36,005 bases of DNA from a virus (lineage: Duplodnaviria > Caudoviricetes), in the IMG/VR virus record IMGVR_UViG_3300049058_000014, positions 1-36,005 of that record; one strand, written 5' to 3'. Of this stretch, positions 6,373 through 15,700 are shown piece by piece (positions within the stretch are counted from its first letter, which is position 1; each line of letters starts with the position of its first letter). The translations under genes were made by a program, and so were the position numbers. The notes below the pieces were generated by a model. It saw only the letters and a program-made list of their open reading frames with translations, did no database searches and was not told where the DNA came from.

Positions 6373-8844
6373 ATGGAAGTTAAGCTCGGATACGAAATTC
6401 AGTGTCCGCCTACAATCATTCCTGGAGCTACGATCACCTTCATTGGTGAGAGCCCAGGCCATCAGGAGGTACTTAAACGTGAGGGATTCATTGGAGGCTC
6501 CGGAAGCGTACTTCGTAAGATTTGCTCAAGTGCAGGTATTGACTTTGAGCGATGCAACCGCACTAACGTTGCCAAAAGGCGTCCGCCAGCTGATAAGTTC
6601 GGGATCTTCTATCAAGATCCGAAGCGAACAAAGCCTACAGCAGAGTTATTGTGGTGGCGTCAGTTGTTACTTGCTGAGCTTAACGCGCACAAACCTAATG
6701 TCGCAGTTGCGCTCGGTAACGAAGCTCTACGGACGCTCGTAACTTATGCCGATAGTATTACGAAGTGGCAAGGGAGCTTACTTGATAGTGACACCGTGCC
6801 CGGCCTCAAAGTCTTGCCTTGTGTTCATCCGGCCTGGATCATGCGAGACAACTGGCATTACTATTACATTACGATCAGGTATTTTAAGCGGCTCAAGGCA
6901 GAGTCCGTGTCTCCACGTCGCGTACTTGGTGAACCAGTTGACCAGTTCTGGATTCAGCCTACCTTTGAGGTGTGTGCCGACTGGCTACGCCATATTAGGG
7001 ATAAGCCAAACTTGTGGTGGTTTCAGGATATTGAAACGAGAGGAGATACAATAACTTGCTATGGATTATGGGTTGAGGACAGACCGAATGAGGCTCTATG
7101 TGTGCCTATCCATACAACAACAGGTCCTTACTTCGACTTACATCAGGAGACCCAACTTTGGAGGTTGCTATCTGAAGCGATGGCTGCTAATCCGAATTGG
7201 TCCAACCAGAACGGAGTTTACGACCTCGACTATCTGCTGGACTATGGCTGTGAACCCTCGGGAGTACGTTTCGACAACATGCTGGCGATGAATGTTCTCT
7301 ATCCCGAGTTCCCTAAAGCGTTGGACTTCCAAGCTAGTATTTACACTTACTACCCCTATTACAAGGATGAAGGCAAAACCTGGAAGAAGAAAACTCCTGA
7401 TCGTGACGTCTGGAATTACAACTGTAAGGACATGGTCACTACTCCCAAAACAGCCCATGCCTTAGTTAGAGACCTAAAAGAACATGACCTATTCGAGACG
7501 TTCCAACGGCGCAGCCAACGGTTCTACCCTATTGCTATCGAGATGCAACGTAATAAGTTAATGCTCCACCGGCAGTGGCACAAACAATTAGCCCAATACT
7601 TACAGGACGAAAGGGACAAGAAGCAAAGTGAACTCAACCAGCTCGTCGGCTACGAGATCAATGTCAAATCTACGAAGCAGATACAAGAGCTGCTATTTAC
7701 AAAACTTCGTCTCCCTGTTAAAAAGAAACGTGGTAGTGATTCGTTTACCAGCGATGAGAACGCACTGCGAGAATTACGTGCTCAGTACCCGCAGGTGCCA
7801 GCACTTAAACTCATCATTGAAGTTCGGCACTTGCGAACAAAGGAGTCAAATTACATAAATGTGGAGTTTGATAATAGTCCTGACGGTGATCTTTATCTTG
7901 GCTATACTGCTAACATACCTGGCACTAAGAGTGGCCGTTGGAGTTTCTCTTCTAGCCCAAAGTGGCGTGGCAGTTCGCCCCAAACTATTTCTAAAGTTAT
8001 GCGTCTCATGTACCAACCTCCTCGTGGCAGTGTGTTTTGGCAGAGGGACCTTTCGCAAGCTGAAGCTCGGGTTGTTGCTTGGCTCTCTAATTGTAAGTTT
8101 CTCCTTGATGTTTTTGCTAGCCCTATCAAAATACATAAGTTGGTTGGTGGTCGTATCTTTAAGAAACCTCCAGATGCCATAATTAGTGATGGAATCGAGT
8201 ATGATATTAGCAAGCGGGTAGTGCACGCATATAACTACATGATGCAATACCGAAAATTGGCTGTTACTGCAAACGTGAGTCTTGCCTTCGCACAGACCAC
8301 ATTGGAGGGCTATGGAAAAGAAGTACCAGAAGTTGCTGACTGGCACCAAGCAGTCAAGCGCACCGTTATCTCCAAAGGGTATCTACGAACCCCGATGGGG
8401 CGAATTAGACAATGCTACAAAGCGTGTGGTGCACTTGCACACACTGGCCAGCTGCCTGATGAAATCCTTAGGGACCTTGTGTCTTATGTCCCCCAATCAA
8501 CTGTTCCTGACGTGCTCAACGAAGGAATGTATAAGTGCTGGGAGTGGCTCCCCTGGGTCAAGTGGCACCAGCAAGGTCACGACAGCTACTTGGCCTCTGG
8601 CGACCCCAAAAGAACGCACGAGTTCTATGAATTCTCTGAAGAAGCTGCTAACGTCCATTTCCTCATCAACGGCAGGGATTGTCATATCCCTGGTGAGTTC
8701 CAGTGGGGCTACCTCTGGGGCGCGATGCTCTCGTATCGTCCTGGTGAAGATACGTCCTATGATGCATGGCAAGCACGTGCTACCGCAGAAGGATACTTCG
8801 ACGAAGCCAAAATCAAAGAGAAGCTCTATGCCCTTAATTTCTAA
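6373..8844 (+). CDS. polA: family A DNA polymerase with N-terminal family-4 uracil-DNA glycosylase-like domain and 3'-5' exonuclease
   Basis: UDG: IGESPG, FIGGSG, TNVAKRRPP, HPAW. Exo: DIET, NGVYDL, YNCKD. Pol: TKSGRWS, motif A DLSQAEAR, motif B KRVVHAYNY, motif C GHDS. Confidence 0.92.
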   Translation: MEVKLGYEIQCPPTIIPGATITFIGESPGHQEVLKREGFIGGSGSVLRKICSSAGIDFERCNRTNVAKRRPPADKFGIFYQDPKRTKPTAELLWWRQLLLAELNAHKPNVAVALGNEALRTLVTYADSITKWQGSLLDSDTVPGLKVLPCVHPAWIMRDNWHYYYITIRYFKRLKAESVSPRRVLGEPVDQFWIQPTFEVCADWLRHIRDKPNLWWFQDIETRGDTITCYGLWVEDRPNEALCVPIHTTTGPYFDLHQETQLWRLLSEAMAANPNWSNQNGVYDLDYLLDYGCEPSGVRFDNMLAMNVLYPEFPKALDFQASIYTYYPYYKDEGKTWKKKTPDRDVWNYNCKDMVTTPKTAHALVRDLKEHDLFETFQRRSQRFYPIAIEMQRNKLMLHRQWHKQLAQYLQDERDKKQSELNQLVGYEINVKSTKQIQELLFTKLRLPVKKKRGSDSFTSDENALRELRAQYPQVPALKLIIEVRHLRTKESNYINVEFDNSPDGDLYLGYTANIPGTKSGRWSFSSSPKWRGSSPQTISKVMRLMYQPPRGSVFWQRDLSQAEARVVAWLSNCKFLLDVFASPIKIHKLVGGRIFKKPPDAIISDGIEYDISKRVVHAYNYMMQYRKLAVTANVSLAFAQTTLEGYGKEVPEVADWHQAVKRTVISKGYLRTPMGRIRQCYKACGALAHTGQLPDEILRDLVSYVPQSTVPDVLNEGMYKCWEWLPWVKWHQQGHDSYLASGDPKRTHEFYEFSEEAANVHFLINGRDCHIPGEFQWGYLWGAMLSYRPGEDTSYDAWQARATAEGYFDEAKIKEKLYALNF

Positions 8845-8858
8845 GGAGGCATCACCTA

Positions 8859-9224
8859 ATGCTAATTAGAGTTGCGGTTTACCGCATGGCCTTCGCTATT
8901 ATGGAGTTTGAGGGTTACAGGAAAGGTAGTGTTAGCTACAAGAATAATAACCCTGGAAACATTAAGTTCGCCGGCCAAACTGGAGCTACTGGCGGCGACA
9001 CTCAAGGCCATGCCAAATTCACTAGCTTCCAGACTGGGTGGGATGCCTTAATTAATCAACTAACCATGATGTTTGATGGTAGGTCTAGAGTCTACAAGAA
9101 GGACATGTCTATAACTAAGGTCTTTAGTATTTATGCTGAGGGCAATAGTAGCCAGTACGCCATATTTGTAGCGAGTAGGCTAGACGTTACCCCAGACACT
9201 AAGTTGAAGGACTTAATAGGATGA
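8859..9224 (+). CDS. lysozyme-like (NNNPGNI family) putative peptidoglycan hydrolase
   Basis: AIMEFEG...NNNPGNI...AKF...GWDAL...YA pattern; SD AAGGAGG. Confidence 0.65.
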   Translation: MLIRVAVYRMAFAIMEFEGYRKGSVSYKNNNPGNIKFAGQTGATGGDTQGHAKFTSFQTGWDALINQLTMMFDGRSRVYKKDMSITKVFSIYAEGNSSQYAIFVASRLDVTPDTKLKDLIG

Positions 9225-9388
9225 AGGTAATTCTAATTCCTGAACTCATCCTCGATAAAAAGTTTGAGGAGTTGGAGCGGCGCATAGACGTATGGGTGGA
9301 GGTCTACTCTAAGAGACCTGACTTAATCGTCCAACGTGTCAAAGGCGAGTTAACTATACTACAAAATGATCTGAAGGAGTCGAAATGA
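9221..9388 (+). CDS. 55-aa hypothetical protein (absent from ORF track)
   Basis: MKVILIPELILDKKFEELERRIDVW...KESK; ATGA overlaps at both ends. Confidence 0.65.
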   Translation: MKVILIPELILDKKFEELERRIDVWVEVYSKRPDLIVQRVKGELTILQNDLKESK

Positions 9389-9645
9389 CTGATCCAGTAA
9401 ATAGGAAGTTTATCTCTGATATAGAACTAGCAATGCGCTTCTGGGCTAAGGAAATGAGCCTAGCCCTAAATGAACGCTTCGGTAAGGATAAGGTGGGGCA
9501 CATACTGATTCTATTCCCTTTTGGGCAGACTACTAGTGCTAGTTGGATTAGTAATGCCCGTAGGGCCTCCGTTGTTGCCATGCTCCGCCTACTGGCTGAT
9601 TACATAGAGCGTAGCGATGCTCCTTCAGCTAACGAGCCATCCTAA
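9385..9645 (+). CDS. hypothetical protein
   Basis: 86 aa, SD AAGGAG, ILFPFG...WISNARR motif. Confidence 0.7.
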   Translation: MTDPVNRKFISDIELAMRFWAKEMSLALNERFGKDKVGHILILFPFGQTTSASWISNARRASVVAMLRLLADYIERSDAPSANEPS

Positions 9646-10963
9646 GTGGGCTGAGCTAAAGATGAAAGCAGAGCCTAAACCAGTAGGGAGGAATTTGCGC
9701 AACTGGATCACTGCCTACGCGGAGTATACAGACGCGACCGAATCGCCTCTACAGTATCACTACTTCGTTGGGCTCTCATTGATTGCAGCTGCGTCAAAGA
9801 GGCAAGTATGGCTAGACATGAGTTATTTTCAAGTTTATCCGAACCTTTATGTCATTTTAGTTGGACCCTCGGGAGCACGGAAGTCGATTGCGACTGGTAT
9901 TGGTATGCAGATAGCCGAGAAAGTAGGATTACGCAAGTTTTCGGACAAGATTACTGGTGCCGCTTTAATCAGGGATCTCGCGAATGCACAGGAGAAGCGA
10001 ATAGAGGAGGGGAAAAGTGAAGTACAATTCTGCTCACCAGTACTCATATACGCGTCAGAACTGGGCGTTTTTATGGGAGCGGACGCCTACGGATCGGGAG
10101 TTATTGCAGACCTTACTGATCTATATGACTGTCCTGGTAAGTGGGAGAAGAAAACCATTGCCAGGGATTCGGAGTTGGTTCTTGCGCCTTATGTTAGCAT
10201 GTTGGCAGCGACGACTCCACAAACACTTAAAGATGTCATACCGCAAGGAGCGGTGGGTCAAGGTTTCACTTCACGTATCCTCTTCATCTGGGGTGGAGGT
10301 CGACGAAAACGTATACCTGTCCCTGCCTTCTCAGCAGGCGACCGAATGCTTAAGGAGAATTTAATACATGATCTGCGGCACATATCTACCCTGCGGGGTG
10401 CGTTTAAGTTCAGCGTGGATGGACTGGACGCCTACAATCGTTTATACTACGACAGGCCAGAACCTGAAGATGAGTTTGAAGATGAGCGCCTGCGTGGATA
10501 CTCCTCCAGGAAGGACATTCATGCGCTCAAGCTCGCAATGTGTTTTAGCTTGGCTGAGCGAGATGATCTTACAATCACGGGACCTGATATCGCCTGTGCA
10601 AGGGAGGCTATTGAGAAGTCCATTGACCCAGGCCTCGCCAATGTCTTTGCCGGGCATGGTAACGAGACTAAAAGCGAGGATGTAGTTCGGGTGTTCAAGC
10701 AGATAGAAATGGCAACTCGAAAGCATGGCTTTGCTAGTCATGCCGAGTTATTAAAAAGGAACTACTATCATTTAACTTCGCAGAACTTCGCGATGGTCAT
10801 AGAAACGTTGGCGCAGAGTAACGCTATCGAGGTGGTGATAACTAAAGATCCTAGAACTGAGAGGATGACCAAGATATATAAGTGCATAGACGCTTCATTT
10901 GTAAGTGAGACTAAACTCTGGAAACCTAAACAAAAGAAATGGGAGAAGGAGGATGGCTCTTAA
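9617..10963 (+). CDS. DUF3987/YfjI-like AAA+ ATPase, putative replicative helicase
   Basis: YPNLYVILVGPSGARKS Walker A, variant Walker B ASELG, LTDLYD, GFTSRILF arginine finger. Confidence 0.8.
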   Translation: MLLQLTSHPKWAELKMKAEPKPVGRNLRNWITAYAEYTDATESPLQYHYFVGLSLIAAASKRQVWLDMSYFQVYPNLYVILVGPSGARKSIATGIGMQIAEKVGLRKFSDKITGAALIRDLANAQEKRIEEGKSEVQFCSPVLIYASELGVFMGADAYGSGVIADLTDLYDCPGKWEKKTIARDSELVLAPYVSMLAATTPQTLKDVIPQGAVGQGFTSRILFIWGGGRRKRIPVPAFSAGDRMLKENLIHDLRHISTLRGAFKFSVDGLDAYNRLYYDRPEPEDEFEDERLRGYSSRKDIHALKLAMCFSLAERDDLTITGPDIACAREAIEKSIDPGLANVFAGHGNETKSEDVVRVFKQIEMATRKHGFASHAELLKRNYYHLTSQNFAMVIETLAQSNAIEVVITKDPRTERMTKIYKCIDASFVSETKLWKPKQKKWEKEDGS

Positions 10964-10965
10964 AT

Positions 10966-11151
10966 ATGTTACGTGGGCAAGATGTAGTCGCCGTCTTCGT
11001 ACAAAGGCATCCCGAATTGCTGAGATCGCAACTTATTCGACAAGAGTTAGCGGATTTAGTCAGTACGGCCCTCACGGAAGCCTACGAACTTGGCGAGAAG
11101 ACTATGATAAGGGCTATAATAGCGAGATTAACCAAGGAGGTTCAACTATAA
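10966..11151 (+). CDS. hypothetical protein
   Basis: ATG just after the helicase stop; TAATG coupling to the next gene. Confidence 0.55.
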   Translation: MLRGQDVVAVFVQRHPELLRSQLIRQELADLVSTALTEAYELGEKTMIRAIIARLTKEVQL

Positions 11152-11465
11152 TGGATGAGCATACAAACCAGGTGGAAGATACCACTTGTGACAGTTGCGG
11201 TAGGGACTTAATGGTAACCTACAAGGACCCACTGAGTAGTGCAGAAGTCAAAGGAATGGCGCCGACTATGGAAATGTGCCTGCATCTGGGGCCAATGCCA
11301 GAGGACGCCGTTAAGAAGGTGTATCCTGAACTAGTACTGAACCACCACTACAAAGTCTGTATGGTGTGTTCCTTAAAAGCATTAGGAGTCAAACTTGAAG
11401 ATTCGAGACCTGAACAAGTTAATAGAAGCGGTCAGGAGCAAGCAGGACGAGCTCCTACGAACTAA
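11151..11465 (+). CDS. Zn-finger hypothetical protein
   Basis: SD AAGGAGG before ATG 11151; CDSC...CMVC. Confidence 0.65.
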   Translation: MDEHTNQVEDTTCDSCGRDLMVTYKDPLSSAEVKGMAPTMEMCLHLGPMPEDAVKKVYPELVLNHHYKVCMVCSLKALGVKLEDSRPEQVNRSGQEQAGRAPTN

Positions 11466-11859
11466 AGGCAACGACTACACAATGGCGAATGAAGATCGCT
11501 GTCACAACTTCAAACAGGTGGCTGCGTTCTTAGGTATCACTCCCATGCAAGCCTGGGGTGTTTACTATCTCAAGCATGTCTTTGCAGTTTGCACCTTCGT
11601 CCAAAAAGGCGAGGTTGCCAGTGAGGACATCTTTGAGCGTTTTGTAGATGCTAACAACTATGCTTACTTAGGGCTTGCGCTAATAGAGGATGAGCGGAAT
11701 GAGGCCACGGCGAGAAAGTTGGCGACGCATAATCAGGCTGAGGAAAGTGTTAAGAAGGCGGTCTTGTCCCCGGTGTCAGGGCAAGGGGCGCCTCTCAGTC
11801 ACGATGCCGCTCCTGAATATACAGGGGGCAGAACTCGTGGTCAGTTGTGGCCAACGTAA
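11395..11859 (+). CDS. MazG-like all-alpha nucleotide pyrophosphohydrolase fold (DUF1599/Nmad1-like)
   Basis: KGNDY...D..HNF...YYLKH...SEDIFERFVDANNY motif; TTG start with AGGAG SD. Confidence 0.65.
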   Translation: MKIRDLNKLIEAVRSKQDELLRTKGNDYTMANEDRCHNFKQVAAFLGITPMQAWGVYYLKHVFAVCTFVQKGEVASEDIFERFVDANNYAYLGLALIEDERNEATARKLATHNQAEESVKKAVLSPVSGQGAPLSHDAAPEYTGGRTRGQLWPT

Positions 11860-11949
11860 AGTTAAGGCATGTAACTATCACCTTGTGCTATTTGAAGGGA
11901 AGGGTTGTCCGGATTCCGGACAGCCCTCCTTACTCAACCTGGAGGGTCC

Positions 11950-12162
11950 GTGGGACGACTAAAAGGACAGCAAGCAGGGCCACAAGTAGTCGATAACATT
12001 AGAGGTTATCATTTTAGTCGTACTTGTTGGGACTGTGGGCAATATGATGTTTGTAGGTGTGACTGGGGAAGGGTAACCTTCAGGGTAGCTACTTGGTATC
12101 GTTGTGTAGAATGTAAGATTAAGAGGGGTGAGCTAGACATAAATGGGTATCCGCTTCGCTAG
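11950..12162 (+). CDS. small Cys-rich Zn-finger protein
   Basis: CWDC...CRC...CVEC; GGAGG before GTG 11950; start uncertain. Confidence 0.45.
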   Translation: MGRLKGQQAGPQVVDNIRGYHFSRTCWDCGQYDVCRCDWGRVTFRVATWYRCVECKIKRGELDINGYPLR

Positions 12163-12448
12163 CCATAGTGATCCTAACAACAAGTCAGGGATGCGCCTCG
12201 AGTGGTGGGAAGACGACTTCTGTCTTCTTGGCCTAGATCTAGATGAACCGTTACCGCGTGAGCACTGGCAGCACGCCGAGAAGATACTCCTTCATTATTT
12301 CGGGGACTGGATCTTTGATCCTAAGTCTAGGTTCCACGAGGGGGATGCACGGTTAGCTGCACGAGTACATGAGGACTTGAGGATTATGCGGGAGAAACAA
12401 TATGGCGGCTCCTTTAGATCGAGGGCCAAGCCCCGAGCATACCAATGA
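12143..12448 (+). CDS. hypothetical protein
   Basis: 101-aa ORF with GAGGGG upstream. Confidence 0.55.
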   Translation: MGIRFASHSDPNNKSGMRLEWWEDDFCLLGLDLDEPLPREHWQHAEKILLHYFGDWIFDPKSRFHEGDARLAARVHEDLRIMREKQYGGSFRSRAKPRAYQ

Positions 12449-12761
12449 GAGAATGACACGCCTCTATAATATAGTTTTAGAGATGGATAGAATAGAATCG
12501 AGAATAGAAGTTATTGACGCATCTGCGGCGTCACATTTAGCACGGGTTCCAAGGGAGGCATCGCGGACATACAAGTATGAGTGCCCTGCCTGTGGAGACA
12601 TAATAGCAGTACATGTTCTCCTCAAGACAGGGCACCATCATATCTGCCCTCAATGTTGTGAGATTGTAATTATGAAGGTCATTCTCCTCCACCTTCATCC
12701 CCACCAGGAATCCGCTCCAGGCGAAAGTCCTGCCAAGAAGGATGACGTTGAAGAGCTTTAG
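12402..12761 (+). CDS. Zn-ribbon protein, last gene of the + arm
   Basis: CPAC...CPQC; GGAG SD; 3' end overlaps the convergent gene. Confidence 0.6.
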   Translation: MAAPLDRGPSPEHTNERMTRLYNIVLEMDRIESRIEVIDASAASHLARVPREASRTYKYECPACGDIIAVHVLLKTGHHHICPQCCEIVIMKVILLHLHPHQESAPGESPAKKDDVEEL

Positions 12762-15700
12762 GCTGTCTCTTCATCATGCGCATTCTGGTGTCTTCATTAG
12801 CTGATTCTTTAATAGCTTCACCGCGGCGCCTAATCTCAGGGGCTACAATAGGAAACTCTGGCCACATACCGTTCCAGCCATCTAGAAGTTTTTGTAGCTC
12901 CTGTTCCATACCCTGGCCTAGTCCAATGCCACTGGCTTCAGCTTGCCCACGACGTGCAGCTATAAAGTCAATTAGGTGATCTCTACGAGCTTTGACTTCC
13001 ATCAAGGCTGTAATTGCCGTGTCCTGAGTAGCCTCACGGAGGGGTTTAGCGCCTAGCATAATTTTGAATAGATCCTTGGCGTCTGCCCGATACTTTAGCT
13101 TACCGCCTGGAGTACGCAAATCGTAGTCACCATACATGAGCTTGACAACTGCATTAAGTTGCTTAGCTGCAGGGATCTGCTGGACTAAGGAATTGAACGC
13201 TCTCATAGCAGCGTAGGGCTCTGGCTGTCTAGCGTCCATTGCTGCACCTATCACTGAGCCAGTCACTGAACCAATTACGCCAGTGGTGAGCCTACCAATC
13301 TTCTCAAACCAGTTGTCTCCAAATGGTGGGTTTAGGAACATGACGCTACTAGCCATGTCTATGCCTACCAAGCCCGGCAACCCTGAGTGGATGAAGGCGG
13401 CAACGCTCTCTCCATAACGCTTCTTGATATCATCGTACATCTTGTGAGTTAGCCAGCCAGCATTACCCATTGCAGTAGACCTAGCACCACCCATGAGGAA
13501 GTTAACTGCTAACCACTTAGCAGCCGCAGGGAAGTTCTTATCCTTAACTATGTCCATCAGCATCTCAAACTGCTTAACTGGATAACGCTGGAACATAGTT
13601 AATACACCAAAGGGGTCCATACGTCTAAACAAATCAGGAGTGTCAGTAACCAAGCCCAGAAATTGTGAATAGACCTGACCACGTAGTTTACCGTACATAC
13701 CAGCCTGGAGATCGTTCAAGCCCAAGCGTCTAGCCTTATCATACATTACAAGGAAGGCTTTCTCCTGGTTAAACTTCTCACTAGCATTGGTGATCTTATC
13801 GTACCACTCACGAACTTTACCTGCTTTAGCAGAGCCGAATAGAGTCTGCCCTTCTATCTTGTTCTGTATTCCAAAGACACCATGGCGCTGTAAGACCTCG
13901 CGACCTTCCTTACTGGCTATCAAACTAGCACCACGAGCCATGTCCTTAGTGTCTACAATAGGGTAAAGTGTTTGCAGTAACTGCACACTGTTTTGGCCTT
14001 GATATCTAGGACTCACCTTGAGGAATCCAGTCACGATTGCAGACTTTAGGCTGCCAGCCCAACGCTCTAAGGCATACTCTCCAATGTATTTACTCGTTAA
14101 TGGGTTACTAGCAATATACCGATCAAAGGAGATACCAATATCACTACGGACGCCTTTCAGGGAGTCGTATGCTCGCTCAAGAGAATGAGCCATAGTCTTG
14201 AGGCCTCTTGAGGATAATTCCTCAATCATGGGGCCGACCTTACGCTCAACATCAGAGAGCATAAGTAGACGTTCAGTTTGCCCGTCTAGAATATCAAAGG
14301 TCTTCATTAAGTCTACAGAGTAACCTGGGCCTTGATTCTTACCTTCTAGTAGACCTCTAAAGAAGTTAGTTCTGCCTTTAGTCCTAACACCATTCCACAT
14401 ATCGTCAAGGTTAGTATGAGTACGAACATCACCTAGTAAGTTATCGACAACCTTTTGTGTTCTACCTCCACCAAGTTCCCTGATAAGATCGTCATCGAGG
14501 AAAACACGTTTACCAGTTAGCTTTAGATCACTAAGCTCAATCTCTGGATGAAGCTCCTTGATCTCTCGAATAACCTGACGTAGGCCTTGTGGGGTTCTAG
14601 CCTCCCAAGTTATACCTTGCCTGGACGTGAGTTTGTATTCACCATGGAGTAGCTCACCAAGGTGGTCCTCAATAGTCCAGTCATTAGGCACTTCCTGCAT
14701 GACTCGATGGTTGACTTCCTTAGCAATAAATTTCTCTTTATCCTTGATCCATCCTTGCTCCCAAGCCTTAGAACCACGTGCCACCTCAGCTCTGACTTGG
14801 CGCTCGATTTTAGGTCTAATCGAAGCCCTTAATCGAGGAATCCAAACTGCATCCATTATTGAGATCTTATCATCCATCCACTTGACGACTTCTTTAGTGG
14901 GTTCGTCAATGGTAGTCTCAGCAGCTACATTCCTTGTAATATGTGTCTGCTTTGTTCTGTCATTACGGTAAGTTACAGCAGCCCTAGTGGTCTCATCGCC
15001 ATATCCACTTAAGCCAGCTATAGTACGTTCATGATGAACCTTCTTGGCCTCAATCAAACGCAGCTCATTTAGTTGAAGTTGGTACGCAGCCTCCACAGCA
15101 TAAGGGGATGAGCTCTGAGCAGCATGAGCAGTTGTGCCTATAATAAACTTAGGATCACGTCCTTCAGGTGTAAACTCAGCTTGGACTGGAGCCTCAGCCG
15201 TTGGCGGCTTATCGCCAGGCTTAGCAATCTTTGGCCCTTTTACAAAGCGCCCTTTAGCATCACGAGGAGTATAGACGTAAGTAGGGCTTTCAGGGATCTC
15301 ATGAGCAGCACTATAGTCACCATTGGCGACCTTGGCATCCCAGACCTCACCTTCAGCCTGGAGTTGTTTGAGCCTAATCGAAGCGATAGAAGGCTTCTTG
15401 GCAGCTATAGCCAAGTCACCAATGCTCTGGTTAGACATACGACTGAGTTCTTCAATAGGTGACATGCCTATAGCTTGCTTCTCGGCGGCAGTCATACCTG
15501 CTTGACCAGCTGCATAGTCTAGATGCACATCATGGAGGCGTTGAGCAGCTAAGCTCATTGGCCTTCCAGCACCAAACTTTTGGACTAGCTTAAGTGCAGG
15601 CATTCCTAACTTGCCAGCGGAAGCTAATCCACCAAATAGCCATGCTGCTGGTAGTTCACTTATATCACCTATATCACGTGCAATCTGAGGATCGCCACCC

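Noticed and set aside
7859-8182. Nested membrane-protein-like ORF within the polymerase
   Set aside because: Off-frame shadow over conserved polymerase motifs with no convincing SD.
10905-11150. N-terminal extension of the 186-aa ORF 10905-11465
   Set aside because: A strong SD and TAATG coupling support a start at 11151, and the upstream part is better explained by ORF 10966-11151.
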